Assembly (NCBI GenBank): GCA_049975505.1
Contig: JBNGCY010000001.1
Span: forward strand, 41,149-105,148
DNA from: Desulfuromonadaceae bacterium
GTDB lineage: Bacteria; Desulfobacterota; Desulfuromonadia; Desulfuromonadales; Desulfuromonadaceae
DNA length: 64,000 nt
Reading direction: 5' to 3'
This document shows, piece by piece, positions 42,133 through 51,636 of the stretch (the stretch's first letter is position 1; each line of letters opens with the position of its first letter). The notes under the pieces are model-generated. The model saw only the letters and a list, made by a program, of their open reading frames with translations. It was not told where the DNA came from and did not search any database. The translations under genes were made by a program, and so were the position numbers.

Positions 42133-43425
42133 TCACGCCAGGTCGGTTGCCGCCTGATAGATGAGATCAAACAGCTCTGCAATGTTATCTTCGGCAATGC
42201 AGGACAAAGCCACGCGCAGATCGGTCTTATTGACTGCAATAGTACCGACCCCGTATTTATCCAGCAAGTGCAGGCGCAACTGCTCCGCTTCAACATTTTT
42301 CAACTTCAGGCACATAAAATAGCCGGAATTAAACGGATAGTAATCCCACACCTTATCAAATCTGGAATCGGCCAACACCTCTTTTACTTTCAGGGCCCGT
42401 CCTTTCATGATCTGATACTTTTCCTCTTTCTGCTCCAGAAACTTATCTGAGCGCAGCGCGTCGAGGACAAAGGTCTGTCCGGGATGCGAACAGTTGGAAA
42501 TGGTGGCACGAATACAGCCGAGGGTTTTCTTTTCAAGAACAGAAAGCACTTCATCGCTTTCATCCGCATAGGTGATAAATCCGGTACGGAAGCCCCAGAC
42601 ATATTCTTCCTTGGTGGCCCCGTCCAATTTAATTGCCAGAATACGCGGATGCAGATTGGCCAGTTTACCATAGAGAGATTCCTTCATGGAGTCTTCGTAG
42701 AACAGGCCGAAATATGCATCATCGGTAACCACCACGAGGTTGCAACCATCCTCAGCCACTTCCTTGATCACCTTTACAATTGCATCCCCTTCCTCAACTG
42801 TAGGGGTGTAACCACTTGGATTATTGGGGAAATTAAGCAGAACAATCGCTTTACTTTTTTCAGCGGCCACATTTTCCAGCTCTGCCTTGAACGCCGGAAC
42901 ATTAAAGCCACCCGCAACAGTAAAGGTGGGAAATTTCTTGATGACCGCACCGCACCGCGTGGTGAAGGTCAGGTTGTAGTTACCCCACATCATATCGGGC
43001 ATTACCATGTGGTCTCCGGCATCCACAAACATATCTGCCACAATGGAAAGACCGTGGGTCAGGGCGCTGGTTACAATAGGGACACCGAACTTCTTCCCCT
43101 GCATGCTGGGGTTTTCGCGCAGCATTTTTTCGCGCCATACGGTGCGCAGTTCCGGTTTGCCCGCAGGAGGTGCGTAAGGAAAGATATCCTTGGGATCATA
43201 GGCGGAAAGTTTGTCATGAATGCACTGCAGATACATAGGGCCGTTTCCTTCGGTCGCGATGCCGATGGTGGCGTTGTATTTGTGTGCCTTATCTTTTGCC
43301 TCCGCCGATTGCGACAGAATCCCCTTGGGGAAAAACAAATTTCTGCCCAGATCGGAGAGCATCTCCAGAACATGAGGATTTTTCTGCGCCAGTACATCGT
43401 TTAGTTCTTGAGCCAGTGGATTCAT
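42133..43425 (-). CDS. class I/II PLP-dependent aminotransferase (aspartate aminotransferase-like, ~430-aa type)
   Basis: 430 aa from ATG 43425. FPNNPSGYTPT motif and overall aminotransferase fold sequence. Substrate is not assignable from the sequence alone. Confidence 0.75.
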   Translation of the reverse strand: MNPLAQELNDVLAQKNPHVLEMLSDLGRNLFFPKGILSQSAEAKDKAHKYNATIGIATEGNGPMYLQCIHDKLSAYDPKDIFPYAPPAGKPELRTVWREKMLRENPSMQGKKFGVPIVTSALTHGLSIVADMFVDAGDHMVMPDMMWGNYNLTFTTRCGAVIKKFPTFTVAGGFNVPAFKAELENVAAEKSKAIVLLNFPNNPSGYTPTVEEGDAIVKVIKEVAEDGCNLVVVTDDAYFGLFYEDSMKESLYGKLANLHPRILAIKLDGATKEEYVWGFRTGFITYADESDEVLSVLEKKTLGCIRATISNCSHPGQTFVLDALRSDKFLEQKEEKYQIMKGRALKVKEVLADSRFDKVWDYYPFNSGYFMCLKLKNVEAEQLRLHLLDKYGVGTIAVNKTDLRVALSCIAEDNIAELFDLIYQAATDLA

Positions 43426-43571
43426 GGTTGGGACCTTCTTTCTCAAGTATTGTATAGAATGCCGATCCTGCCGGATCGGAACAAAACAAGGTGCAATTAA
43501 ATCAGGATTCTTTGCTTGATGTCAAACCCTATTTAGGTCGTGCTTCTGCCTTCAAAACATGGCCATTATGC

Positions 43572-44837
43572 TCAGGTAACCACCGGAATATCCTCCCAGC
43601 GCGTGGTATATGCAGGGGACAGATACGCACGCCGCATGCGCCAGTCCTCTTTTATCCCCTGACTGCCGAACCACACCTTCCCTCTTCCACTGTTATTGAT
43701 AGCATCCACCGCCTGCATCAGCGCCGGGTTGTTGCGCTGGGTGGAGGTGTGATCAAACAATCCCGGCTGCATTTCTTTCACCGGGCACAGATCACTGAGG
43801 ATTACTCCGGCCTTGGCATAACGGTAACCGTCACGCCAGATGCTCTGCAGGGCATTGGTGGCGGCATTAAGAAGCGCCATGGTATCGTTACCGGGAAAAT
43901 CGAGACAACGCTGGGCTGCATTGGAATAGTGGCGCTCGGTGCTGCTGTAGGTTCCGGTGCGGATAAACACCGTCACCTGTGTGGCAACCTGCTTCTGTTC
44001 GCGCAGTTTCTGCGCCGCTCTCACCGTATAGGTGGATACGGCTTCGCGCAATTCGGTAAAATCGGTTATGCGCCGGGCAAACGAACGCGAACAGACAATC
44101 TGATGTTTATTAGCGGGAGAATGTTCAATCCCGAAACATGCCTGTCCGTTCAGTTCATATATGGTGCGCTGCAGATTGACGGAAAATTGCCGCCGGAGAC
44201 GTTCCGGCGAAGCTGCCGCCAGATCGGCAACTGTGCGGATCCCCAGAGCATGCAGCTTCTGTTCCATGCGCCGCCCGATGCCCCACACCTCACCAACCTC
44301 CGTGCGCCTGAACAGCTCCTGCCTTTGCACCTGATCACACAGATCCACAACGCCGCCGCTGGCAGGATCGCTCTTTGCCGCTGTATTTGCCAGTTTGGCG
44401 AGGGTCTTACTCGGGGCGATCCCGACGCACACCGGCATCCTGAGCCACTTCAGGATCCGATCGCGCACCTTGTGTCCGAACGCCAGACGCCCATCCAGTC
44501 CCGCACGTTCATCGGGAAGACGTAAAAACGCCTCATCAATGGAGTATACCTCCATGTCAGGCACCATCTCCTCCAGGACCAGCATCACCCGGGCCGAAAT
44601 ATCCGCATACAGGGTGTAATTGGACGAGAACACCACTACCTGATGGCGTTGCAGCACATCACGCACCTGAAAGTGAGGGACTCCCATGCCGATGCCGAGA
44701 TTTTTGGCCTCCTGACTGCGCGCCACAACACAGCCGTCGTTGTTGGAGAGCACTACCACCGGGCGGGTGCGCAGATCAGGGCGGAACAGGCGTTCGCAAC
44801 TCACATAGAAATTATTGCAATCCACCAGGGCAAACAC
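43572..44837 (-). CDS. umuC: Y-family translesion DNA polymerase V catalytic subunit UmuC
   Basis: 421 aa. [22 protein letters not shown] start and SIDEAFL motif. Confidence 0.9.
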   Translation of the reverse strand: MFALVDCNNFYVSCERLFRPDLRTRPVVVLSNNDGCVVARSQEAKNLGIGMGVPHFQVRDVLQRHQVVVFSSNYTLYADISARVMLVLEEMVPDMEVYSIDEAFLRLPDERAGLDGRLAFGHKVRDRILKWLRMPVCVGIAPSKTLAKLANTAAKSDPASGGVVDLCDQVQRQELFRRTEVGEVWGIGRRMEQKLHALGIRTVADLAAASPERLRRQFSVNLQRTIYELNGQACFGIEHSPANKHQIVCSRSFARRITDFTELREAVSTYTVRAAQKLREQKQVATQVTVFIRTGTYSSTERHYSNAAQRCLDFPGNDTMALLNAATNALQSIWRDGYRYAKAGVILSDLCPVKEMQPGLFDHTSTQRNNPALMQAVDAINNSGRGKVWFGSQGIKEDWRMRRAYLSPAYTTRWEDIPVVT

Positions 44838-44849
44838 TTTAAATATTCC

Positions 44850-45302
44850 TTAGCGTCTTAAAGAATGGATCACATTGGTGACCACACCTATGATGTTACT
44901 CTCCGCGTCGGGATTCATCGCTATGGGTCTGTATGCCCGGTTCATAGGGACCAGGCGTGCCTCCGGATAGAGTTCGAGTTTCTTGACTGTCAGTTCATCA
45001 TCAAGACAGGCAATGACAATATCGCCATGGCGCGCTTCAAGACTGCCTTCCACAATAAGAACATCTCCATCGTGGATGCCGCCCTCAAGCATGGAATCAC
45101 CCTTCACACGCACAAAAAATGCCGTGGCCGGATGACGGATGCACAGTGCATTGAGATCCATACACTGATCCACATAGTCCTGCGCCGGGCTGGGGAAACC
45201 CGCCTCGATATACTCGGCAAACATGGGTATGGAACAATCATGCGCCTGATCCGAAGCAGGCTTGAACATTTCGAGTACACTGGTATCTGTTTGAGTCGGC
45301 AT
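44850..45302 (-). CDS. umuD: LexA-like S24 peptidase UmuD
   Basis: Ala-Gly cleavage site (IEAGFPSP), a GDSM Ser nucleophile and TVKKL Lys. ATG 45302 is preferred; the track start at 45311 is a TTG. Confidence 0.88.
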   Translation of the reverse strand: MPTQTDTSVLEMFKPASDQAHDCSIPMFAEYIEAGFPSPAQDYVDQCMDLNALCIRHPATAFFVRVKGDSMLEGGIHDGDVLIVEGSLEARHGDIVIACLDDELTVKKLELYPEARLVPMNRAYRPIAMNPDAESNIIGVVTNVIHSLRR

Positions 45303-45359
45303 AAAGGCCAAAGTACCTCATTGGTGGTTCGGGGTTCAATTCAGAAACCTGAAAATACT

Positions 45360-45505
45360 GTAAACTATTCACCACCGCTACTTCTATGGGCTTGTGATAC
45401 CCATGAAAAGGGCGTCTGTCGCCACGGACGGCGACAGTCGAACGGCCATGGACGGCGCAAAGTGTCCCTTGGAATGGGTGTCACAAGACCTCGCTGAACA
45501 ATTAT
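45360..45505 (+). mobile_element. MITE-like repeat, copy 5 (146 bp, the most diverged full copy)
   Basis: Same architecture as the other copies. Degraded flanking repeat AAAATACT / AAATTACA (6 of 8 match). Carries a compensatory G-C to A-T change in the long arm. Confidence 0.75.
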
Positions 45506-45564
45506 AAATTACACCTATCTGGTATTGAAAGGCAACAGATACCCGGAGGATGCAGACATGGGCA

Positions 45565-45600
45565 ATAAAAACAGGCGATGGGTATACGCCCATCGCCTGT
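45565..45600 (-). terminator. Rho-independent terminator after hsp20
   Basis: On the minus strand, ACAGGCGATGGG / CCCATCGCCTGT 12-bp stem with a 6-nt loop, followed by TTTTTATT. Confidence 0.7.
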
Positions 45601-45688
45601 CTGACATGCGTTCAATTTATCTTCAGGCAAATATTTTCGGGAAGCTGCGCTGCCATCTAGGGGACAATAAAATTCAGGTTCAGCCTTG

Positions 45689-46132
45689 TCAATCCTCGAT
45701 GTTGACATCAATAGCTTTGGGTCTGGCCTCTTTGCTTTTCTGCAAGTGTATACTCAGCATCCCATCTTTGAAATTAGCCTTTATGCTCTCCTGGTCCACG
45801 GTATCAGGCAGGGTAAAACTGCGGTTGAATGTGCCGTAATGCCTCTCAATACGATGGAAGGTTTTACCCTTTTCCTCCTTCTCCTGTTTCCGCTCCCCGT
45901 GAAGCATGAGAACACCATTTTCAACCGTTACCTTAACATCCTCCTTGTTGACCTCGGGTATTTCCGCTTTAATTACAAATTCATCCTCAGTCTCCATAAT
46001 ATCAACCCTTGGAGACCAGTCGCCTTTGCGAATTACGTCCTGTCCGCTCTCCTGTCCGGAACCGAGAGCGCGATTGTAGCGATCGACAAACTCTTCCATT
46101 TCTCTCCATGGGTCCCAACGTACGAGTGACAT
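45689..46132 (-). CDS. Hsp20/alpha-crystallin family small heat-shock protein
   Basis: 147 aa from ATG 46132 (GGGAGGG RBS). WDPWREMEEF N-terminus and an alpha-crystallin domain (PRVDIMETEDEFVIKAEIPEV ... GVLMLHGER). Confidence 0.9.
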   Translation of the reverse strand: MSLVRWDPWREMEEFVDRYNRALGSGQESGQDVIRKGDWSPRVDIMETEDEFVIKAEIPEVNKEDVKVTVENGVLMLHGERKQEKEEKGKTFHRIERHYGTFNRSFTLPDTVDQESIKANFKDGMLSIHLQKSKEARPKAIDVNIED

Positions 46133-46262
46133 AGTCAATCCCTCCCTTTAAATAACTTTAAGTAAATCTAATCAGAACAAATGCCAGATGCACGCTCTGA
46201 TTTGGTGCCTCCCCTGCAGCAGACAGGGCGCAGCTTCCTGAAATACAACCCTTTTACCGGTT

Positions 46263-46290
46263 ATATTAACGCGGCATATTCGCTTTTCAA
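46263..46290 (-). promoter_or_regulatory. candidate sigma70-like promoter for hsp20
   Basis: On the minus strand, TTGAAA (46290-46285), a 16-nt spacer and TAATAT (46268-46263). This implies a ~120-nt leader. No sigma32 CCCCAT -10 element is seen. Confidence 0.35.
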
Positions 46291-46435
46291 GGGCAGGAGA
46301 ATATTTTTTTCTGCTTGTGCCATCATCCATTAAAACAAGGAATTTTAATGATTTTCCAGTCAGAGAAAAATTATAGAAGAGACACACAAACATGTTACAC
46401 TTACGCATAATAATATCAGAAACAGTGGAGAGCAT

Positions 46436-47938
46436 ATGGTTACTGGTGAAAAACAGGGAGCGGTTTTTGTCGCCGGCGCAACCGGATATGTAGGAGGGCG
46501 CCTGGTGCCGCGCCTGCTGGAGCAGGGTTATCCGGTGCGTACCCTGACCCGTGCCCCGCAGAAACTGGAAACCAGGCCGTGGGCACAGCATCCGAATTTT
46601 TACTGCACCGAAGGAGATATCCTTGACCGGACCGCTCTGACCCACATCCTGAGCGGCTGCAGCTCGGCTTACTTCCTGGTCAATTCTGTGGATAATCCCG
46701 GTTATGCGAGGCGTATTGCAGCACAGAACATGGCTTCTGCCGCCCTGAACACAGGATTGAAGCAGATTATCCATCTTGGAATATTAAGTGAAGATTACAT
46801 TGGCAACGACACCGCGGAAGCGCAGAGCACCGACTCCATTCTGCGCCAGGCTGGAGTGCCGGTAACCACCTTACATGCAAGCCTGATTATAGGTTCAGGA
46901 AGTGCAGCCTTTGAGATGCTGCGCTATCTGGTGGACCGCCTTCCTCTGATTATCGCACCGCGCCGCGCCGCGACACCATGCCAGCCCATCGGTATCCGCA
47001 ATGTTCTTTATTATCTGCTCAAATGTCTCGATAATCCTGCCACTCTGGGACAGAGCTTTGACATAGGTGGGCCACAGGTAACCTCATATCCCGAGCTGAT
47101 GCGTATCTACGCCGAGGAAGCAGGTCTGAAGCGCTACGCTGTTGAACTTCCCTTCCTCCACAACAGACATCTGAGTGCCTACTGGACTCATCTGATAACG
47201 CCGATTTCCCTGACGCAGGCACGTATGCTGGCGAATATGCTGAACGGACCCATGGTATGCCGCGAGATGCGCATAACTGAAATTATCCCTCAGGATCTGT
47301 TCGATGCCAGAACCAGTATCCGCCTTGCCCTGCAGCGCACCCGCGAGCAACAGGTGGAAACGCGCTGGAGTGATTCCGGTGCCCTGCCTCCGGCGGAGTG
47401 GAGCGATCCGGCTGATCCGGAATGGGCCGGAGGGAGTATATTCGAAGATGCGCGCCGCGTTGTGGTCAAATCTTCACCTGAACAGGTCTGGCCTTCAATC
47501 ACCTCTTTGGGCGGGGATGTGGGCTACTACTACGCCAACTGGCTCTGGAAAATACGTGGAGTGATGGATCAGCTTGTCGGAGGAGTAGGCCTGCAGCGCG
47601 GACGGCGTAAATCGCAGGCCCTGTATCCGGGAGACGCCATTGATTTCTGGCGTGCGGTAAAAATAACCCCCCACCGGATGCTCCTTCTTTCAGCCGAGAT
47701 GAAGCTTCCCGGTGAAGCGGTGCTGTTGTTCAGGATTAAACCGGTCGATGGCGGATATACCGAAATTCAGCAGATTGCGCGTTTTCTTCCCAGGGGAATT
47801 CTGGGGCTTGCATACTGGTATGCGGTGTTCCCGTTTCATTTCTTTGTGTTTGACGGAATGTTGCGCGGCATAGCCAAATCCACCCGGGCTCAGGTGATCG
47901 AAGGGCCGAAGCGCTTCAAGCCTTCGGTTCAGGAGTGA
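46436..47938 (+). CDS. NAD(P)-binding SDR/NmrA-like domain fused to a DUF2867-like C-terminal domain
   Basis: 500 aa. VFVAGATGYVGGRLVPRLLEQGY Rossmann N-terminus. The C-terminal domain call comes from memory of this common fusion. Confidence 0.65.
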   Translation: MVTGEKQGAVFVAGATGYVGGRLVPRLLEQGYPVRTLTRAPQKLETRPWAQHPNFYCTEGDILDRTALTHILSGCSSAYFLVNSVDNPGYARRIAAQNMASAALNTGLKQIIHLGILSEDYIGNDTAEAQSTDSILRQAGVPVTTLHASLIIGSGSAAFEMLRYLVDRLPLIIAPRRAATPCQPIGIRNVLYYLLKCLDNPATLGQSFDIGGPQVTSYPELMRIYAEEAGLKRYAVELPFLHNRHLSAYWTHLITPISLTQARMLANMLNGPMVCREMRITEIIPQDLFDARTSIRLALQRTREQQVETRWSDSGALPPAEWSDPADPEWAGGSIFEDARRVVVKSSPEQVWPSITSLGGDVGYYYANWLWKIRGVMDQLVGGVGLQRGRRKSQALYPGDAIDFWRAVKITPHRMLLLSAEMKLPGEAVLLFRIKPVDGGYTEIQQIARFLPRGILGLAYWYAVFPFHFFVFDGMLRGIAKSTRAQVIEGPKRFKPSVQE

Positions 47939-48396
47939 TTTTCCAGCCCGAGAATATAAAACCACTCATGCTCGGAAACCGGCATTACTGAAAGGCGATT
48001 CCCCTTCTGCAGCAGTTTCATCCCCGCGAGTTCATCGTGTTCCTTTAATTCGGCAAGCGAAATCACGCGACCGGTGTGGCGCGCATATTTTACATCCACC
48101 ATGAACCAGCGCGGCTTCTCCGGGTCGCTTTTGGGGTCAAAGTGTTTTGACTCCGGATCGAATGCGGTGTGATCGGGGTAGCCCTCACGTACAATTTCCA
48201 TGATCCCTGCAATCCCGGGGGTTTTGCAGCTGGAATGGTAGAAAAACGCCTGATCTCCGTTACGCATCTCATCGCGCATGAAATTACGCGCCTGGTAGTT
48301 GCGCACGCCGTCCCAGGGTTCGGTCTGCTTCGGTCTGTGCTTTAAATCATCAATGCTGAACTCTTCCGGTTCCGACTTCATCAGCCAATAGCGCAT
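47929..48396 (-). CDS. EVE (PUA-like) domain protein
   Basis: 155 aa. MRYWLMKSEPEEFSIDDL ... WDGVRNYQARNFMR ... FYHS is typical of EVE domains. 10-nt convergent overlap with the previous gene. Confidence 0.85.
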   Translation of the reverse strand: MRYWLMKSEPEEFSIDDLKHRPKQTEPWDGVRNYQARNFMRDEMRNGDQAFFYHSSCKTPGIAGIMEIVREGYPDHTAFDPESKHFDPKSDPEKPRWFMVDVKYARHTGRVISLAELKEHDELAGMKLLQKGNRLSVMPVSEHEWFYILGLENHS

Positions 48397-48409
48397 AAGT
48401 AATCACCTC

Positions 48410-49789
48410 TTATTCTTGTGTTCGGTCTTGCAGACGCACCAGCGAACATCCTATCCCCAGGGTACACAGAGCACTAAATATCAGCAGAGTTATATGCATA
48501 CTGCGCAAAAAGGGATCAAGGGTCTGTTCCGACACGGCAACCCCAGGCATAACATGGGTAAATACCAGGGTAATAATCATCATGCTGCTTAGCATCCCGA
48601 AAGTGCGCATACTTGCATTCATTCCCGAAGCAATCCCTAAATAGCGCGGTGCGACGCTTCCCATGATAATGCTGATATTAGGTGAGGAAAACAGGGCAAA
48701 CCCGCTGCCCAGAAATACCAGCAATGCATACACCATAAACATATCCGAGTTGCGCTCCAGGTTTGCGGCAAACGCGAGAGCACAGGCGCAGAAGAGCATG
48801 CCCGCTGTAGCAATCCAACCCGCAGGAATTTTGTCTGCGAGCCTGCCGCACATGGGGGATAGAACGGTTTGTACCACCGGGGAAATGATCAGGACAATCC
48901 CGGCAGCCTGAGGTTCAAAGCCTTTGACATACTGCAGATACAGGCTCATGAAAAAAACGATCCCGAAGGTGGCGGCGTAGTTGAACATGGCGGCAAGATT
49001 GCTGAAGGCAAAGACCCGGTTACGCGTCAGCAGTCTCACATTGAGGATAGGATACTCCAGACGCGATTCAAGGCGGAGAAATCCGACAAGACCGATATTC
49101 CCCAGCCCTATCAGCCCCCAGGCCCATAAACCGCGATCCACATTCACCACCCCTGAAAACAGCAGCAGTACAGCAACCGCATACACAAGGGCTCCATTTA
49201 AATCAAAGGGTTCGCCGCAGGCTTCGGCCCAGTCCTGTTTAATCCGGGTACGTACCACCCCGTAGGTAAGCAGCCCCAGTGGAAGCACCATATAGAATAG
49301 CGAGCGCCACCCGAAATGCTGCACCAGAAATCCACCTGTTAGCGGACCAAACGAAATTCCGGCATATACGCTCGCCACCACTATTCCCAGAGCGCGTCCG
49401 CGCTCCTGAGAGGGAAAGGCTGCAACCACCATAGCCATGGTGGTTGCCATTACCATGGAGCCACCAATCCCCTGAAAAAAGCGCAGAATGATCACCGCTT
49501 CCACACTCGGGGCGATGGATATGAGACCACCGAAAACAGAGAAGACCAGCAGACCGTTTACAAAGATCCGTTTTCGTCCGTAGATATCTCCCAGACGCCC
49601 CATACTCAGAAGGAACACCGCCGCAGCCAGGGCATACGTGGTTTCTACCAGCCCCAACTGCAGGGCGCTGGCATCCAGGTCCCGTCCCAGCGCAGGCAGG
49701 GCTACGCCTACAGCAGAAACCATAAACGGCATCATAAAGTGAGCCATGCACACTGAAAACAAGAGGGCGGAGCGGGCTCCTTTTTCCAT
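48410..49789 (-). CDS. MFS transporter (drug:H+ antiporter-like)
   Basis: 459 aa, 12-14 TM helices, MGRLGDIYGRKRIF motif (MFS loop 2-3). Confidence 0.85.
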   Translation of the reverse strand: MEKGARSALLFSVCMAHFMMPFMVSAVGVALPALGRDLDASALQLGLVETTYALAAAVFLLSMGRLGDIYGRKRIFVNGLLVFSVFGGLISIAPSVEAVIILRFFQGIGGSMVMATTMAMVVAAFPSQERGRALGIVVASVYAGISFGPLTGGFLVQHFGWRSLFYMVLPLGLLTYGVVRTRIKQDWAEACGEPFDLNGALVYAVAVLLLFSGVVNVDRGLWAWGLIGLGNIGLVGFLRLESRLEYPILNVRLLTRNRVFAFSNLAAMFNYAATFGIVFFMSLYLQYVKGFEPQAAGIVLIISPVVQTVLSPMCGRLADKIPAGWIATAGMLFCACALAFAANLERNSDMFMVYALLVFLGSGFALFSSPNISIIMGSVAPRYLGIASGMNASMRTFGMLSSMMIITLVFTHVMPGVAVSEQTLDPFLRSMHITLLIFSALCTLGIGCSLVRLQDRTQE

Positions 49790-49795
49790 GGATTT

Positions 49796-50983
49796 CTACT
49801 TGTTTTTCTGTTGCCGGCTGGACTTGAGCAGATCCCCAAGGGTTCCAAGCCCGGAGGAAGGCGCTGTATCGGTATAGCTTCTGGCGCCGGCGTCACTTTC
49901 CTGCCCGGCAGGAACCAGGGAGATACGGCGTTCTTCCTGATCGATTTTTTCGATACTCACGCGGATATTCTCTCCGGGTTGCAGAACCTCCTGTGGATGG
50001 CCGATGCGTTTACCTTCTCCCAGTTTTGAGATATGAATCAGACCATCCACTCCATCCTCAAGAGTGATAAAGGCGCCAAAGGGAGCCAGACGGCTTACTA
50101 CGCCGGGATATTCCTGCCCCTCCTTGTAGATGGTACCCACCTTCTTCCAGGGATCAGCCTGGGTATCGCGTAAACTGAAGGAGAATTTGTTGTTTTCCCA
50201 GTCCAGTTTCTTAACCGCTACTTCCAGTTCCTGATCAATGCTCAGTACCTGGTTGATGTCCTCTACCCGGCCATGGCTTATTTCGGAAATGGGAAGCAGC
50301 CCTTCAAGCCCGCCAATATCCACAAAAGCACCAAAATCGCGGATATTGGTAACCCGGCCTTTGACAATCATTCCCTCTTTGAGGGTCTTGCGCAGTTCTT
50401 CACGCTGGCGTTCGCGTTCCTCTTCGAGGATAGCGCGATGGGAAACCACAATATTGCGCCCACGTTCACCAAACTGGGTGATTCTGAAACTCACACTCCG
50501 ACCGGGGATGCTTTCAGCTTCACTCTGGCGGAAACCACTTTGAGAAAAGGGGCAGAAAGCGCGGATATTTCCTGCCAGCTTTACGCTGAAGCCTCCCTTG
50601 GTTTCTGCCTCAAAAGTGCCTTCAACCGGGATGCCACTGTGAAAAGCGCTTTCATACTGATCCAGTCCGGAACCCCCAGCTCCTACTTTTGTGGTAAAAC
50701 GCAACTCTCCGCCTTTGCGCGAGACAAAATACACCTGAAGTTTGTCTTCAGGAGCATAGCGGAAATTTCCTTCCTCATCCTGAATCTCAGCACTCGCCAG
50801 AACTCCTTCGCCTTTTTGGCCGACATCGAGAAAGGTCCAGTCCTGCCCTGTCTGGAGAATGGTTGCCTCCACCTGCATGCCAGGATCAAGCTTTGTCCCC
50901 ATGTGGGCAATGCTCTCTTCAAACATGGCGGCAAAATCCTCATCTTCATTCTGTTCCTGGCCGGGGTTAAATTCTTCGTTCAT
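49796..50983 (-). CDS. S1 RNA-binding domain protein (four S1 repeats, RpsA-like but shorter)
   Basis: 395 aa from ATG 50983 (AAGGAA RBS). Repeated S1 folds (e.g. GRVTNIRDFGAFVDIGGLEGLLPISE and GVVSRLAPFGAFITLEDGVDGLIHIS). The track ORF reaches 51160 only by reading through the repeat. Confidence 0.85.
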   Translation of the reverse strand: MNEEFNPGQEQNEDEDFAAMFEESIAHMGTKLDPGMQVEATILQTGQDWTFLDVGQKGEGVLASAEIQDEEGNFRYAPEDKLQVYFVSRKGGELRFTTKVGAGGSGLDQYESAFHSGIPVEGTFEAETKGGFSVKLAGNIRAFCPFSQSGFRQSEAESIPGRSVSFRITQFGERGRNIVVSHRAILEEERERQREELRKTLKEGMIVKGRVTNIRDFGAFVDIGGLEGLLPISEISHGRVEDINQVLSIDQELEVAVKKLDWENNKFSFSLRDTQADPWKKVGTIYKEGQEYPGVVSRLAPFGAFITLEDGVDGLIHISKLGEGKRIGHPQEVLQPGENIRVSIEKIDQEERRISLVPAGQESDAGARSYTDTAPSSGLGTLGDLLKSSRQQKNK

Positions 50984-51026
50984 CAGTGGTTCCTTAAGAT
51001 TGCGGTTCGGGTGAGAAATTCCATTT

Positions 51027-51183
51027 GCAACTGTGGAGTAATGCCTTGTGGCACCCATTCCAAGGGACACGACTGTTTGAGATCGGGGCCGTCCATGGCC
51101 GTTCGACTGTCGCCGTCCGTGGCGACAGTCGCCCTTTCCATGGGTACCACAAGCCCTCACCGGTAGCGATGGTGAATAGTTAC
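51027..51183 (-). mobile_element. MITE-like repeat, copy 6 (157-bp long form)
   Basis: Perfect 8-bp direct repeat TTCCATTT at 51019-51026 and 51184-51191. It has the long-form internal segment, as in copy 4. Confidence 0.85.
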
Positions 51184-51198
51184 TTCCATTTAAGAGCT

Positions 51199-51244
51199 AA
51201 AAAAGCCCCACAACAGCACAGCTTTTACTGCACTGGTGCGGGGC
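51199..51244 (-). terminator. Rho-independent terminator after rubredoxin
   Basis: On the minus strand, a long imperfect GC-rich hairpin (GCCCCGCACCAG...CTGTTGTGGGGC) followed by TTTTTT. Confidence 0.6.
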
Positions 51245-51298
51245 CGGTACAAAACATATAGATATTTTTTGCGAAAGTATCAAATTGGTGCAGTACGT

Positions 51299-51460
51299 CT
51301 ATTCTACCGGTTCGAACATATCCTTGCCTACCCCGCACAGAGGGCAGACCCAGTCATCGGGCAGATCAGCAAACGCGGTTCCGGGTTCAATTCCACTATC
51401 CGGATCACCCTGCTCAGGATCATAAACATACCCACAAGCTGTACACTCAAACTTCTGCAT
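51299..51460 (-). CDS. rubredoxin
   Basis: 53 aa from ATG 51460: [20 protein letters not shown]...[17 protein letters not shown], with two CxxCG motifs. Confidence 0.92.
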   Translation of the reverse strand: MQKFECTACGYVYDPEQGDPDSGIEPGTAFADLPDDWVCPLCGVGKDMFEPVE

Positions 51461-51636
51461 TGACAATCTCCTTAATCTTAATAGGGGAAATGACAGTTCT
51501 TTCAATTCAGAACTCTATCTGTTGGGGCTGATTTGTCAAGGTCTTAAATACCAATATCAGTGCTATTGAAATTGAGAATTTGTTTGTTAAATTAAAAATA
51601 TTGCTTTAGACCATTTAATCATTTTACAGGAGTCCC

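Noticed and set aside
46139-46256. A possible RNA thermometer (ROSE or fourU) in the hsp20 leader
   Set aside because: I found no U-rich or CCUCCC-type anti-SD segment positioned to pair with the AAGGGAGGG RBS. Only unrelated small hairpins are present.
46172-46774. 200-aa minus-strand ORF spanning the hsp20/SDR intergenic region and the SDR 5' end
   Set aside because: It overlaps the well-supported SDR start, crosses an AT-rich promoter region, and has an implausible Cys/Arg-rich composition with no motif.
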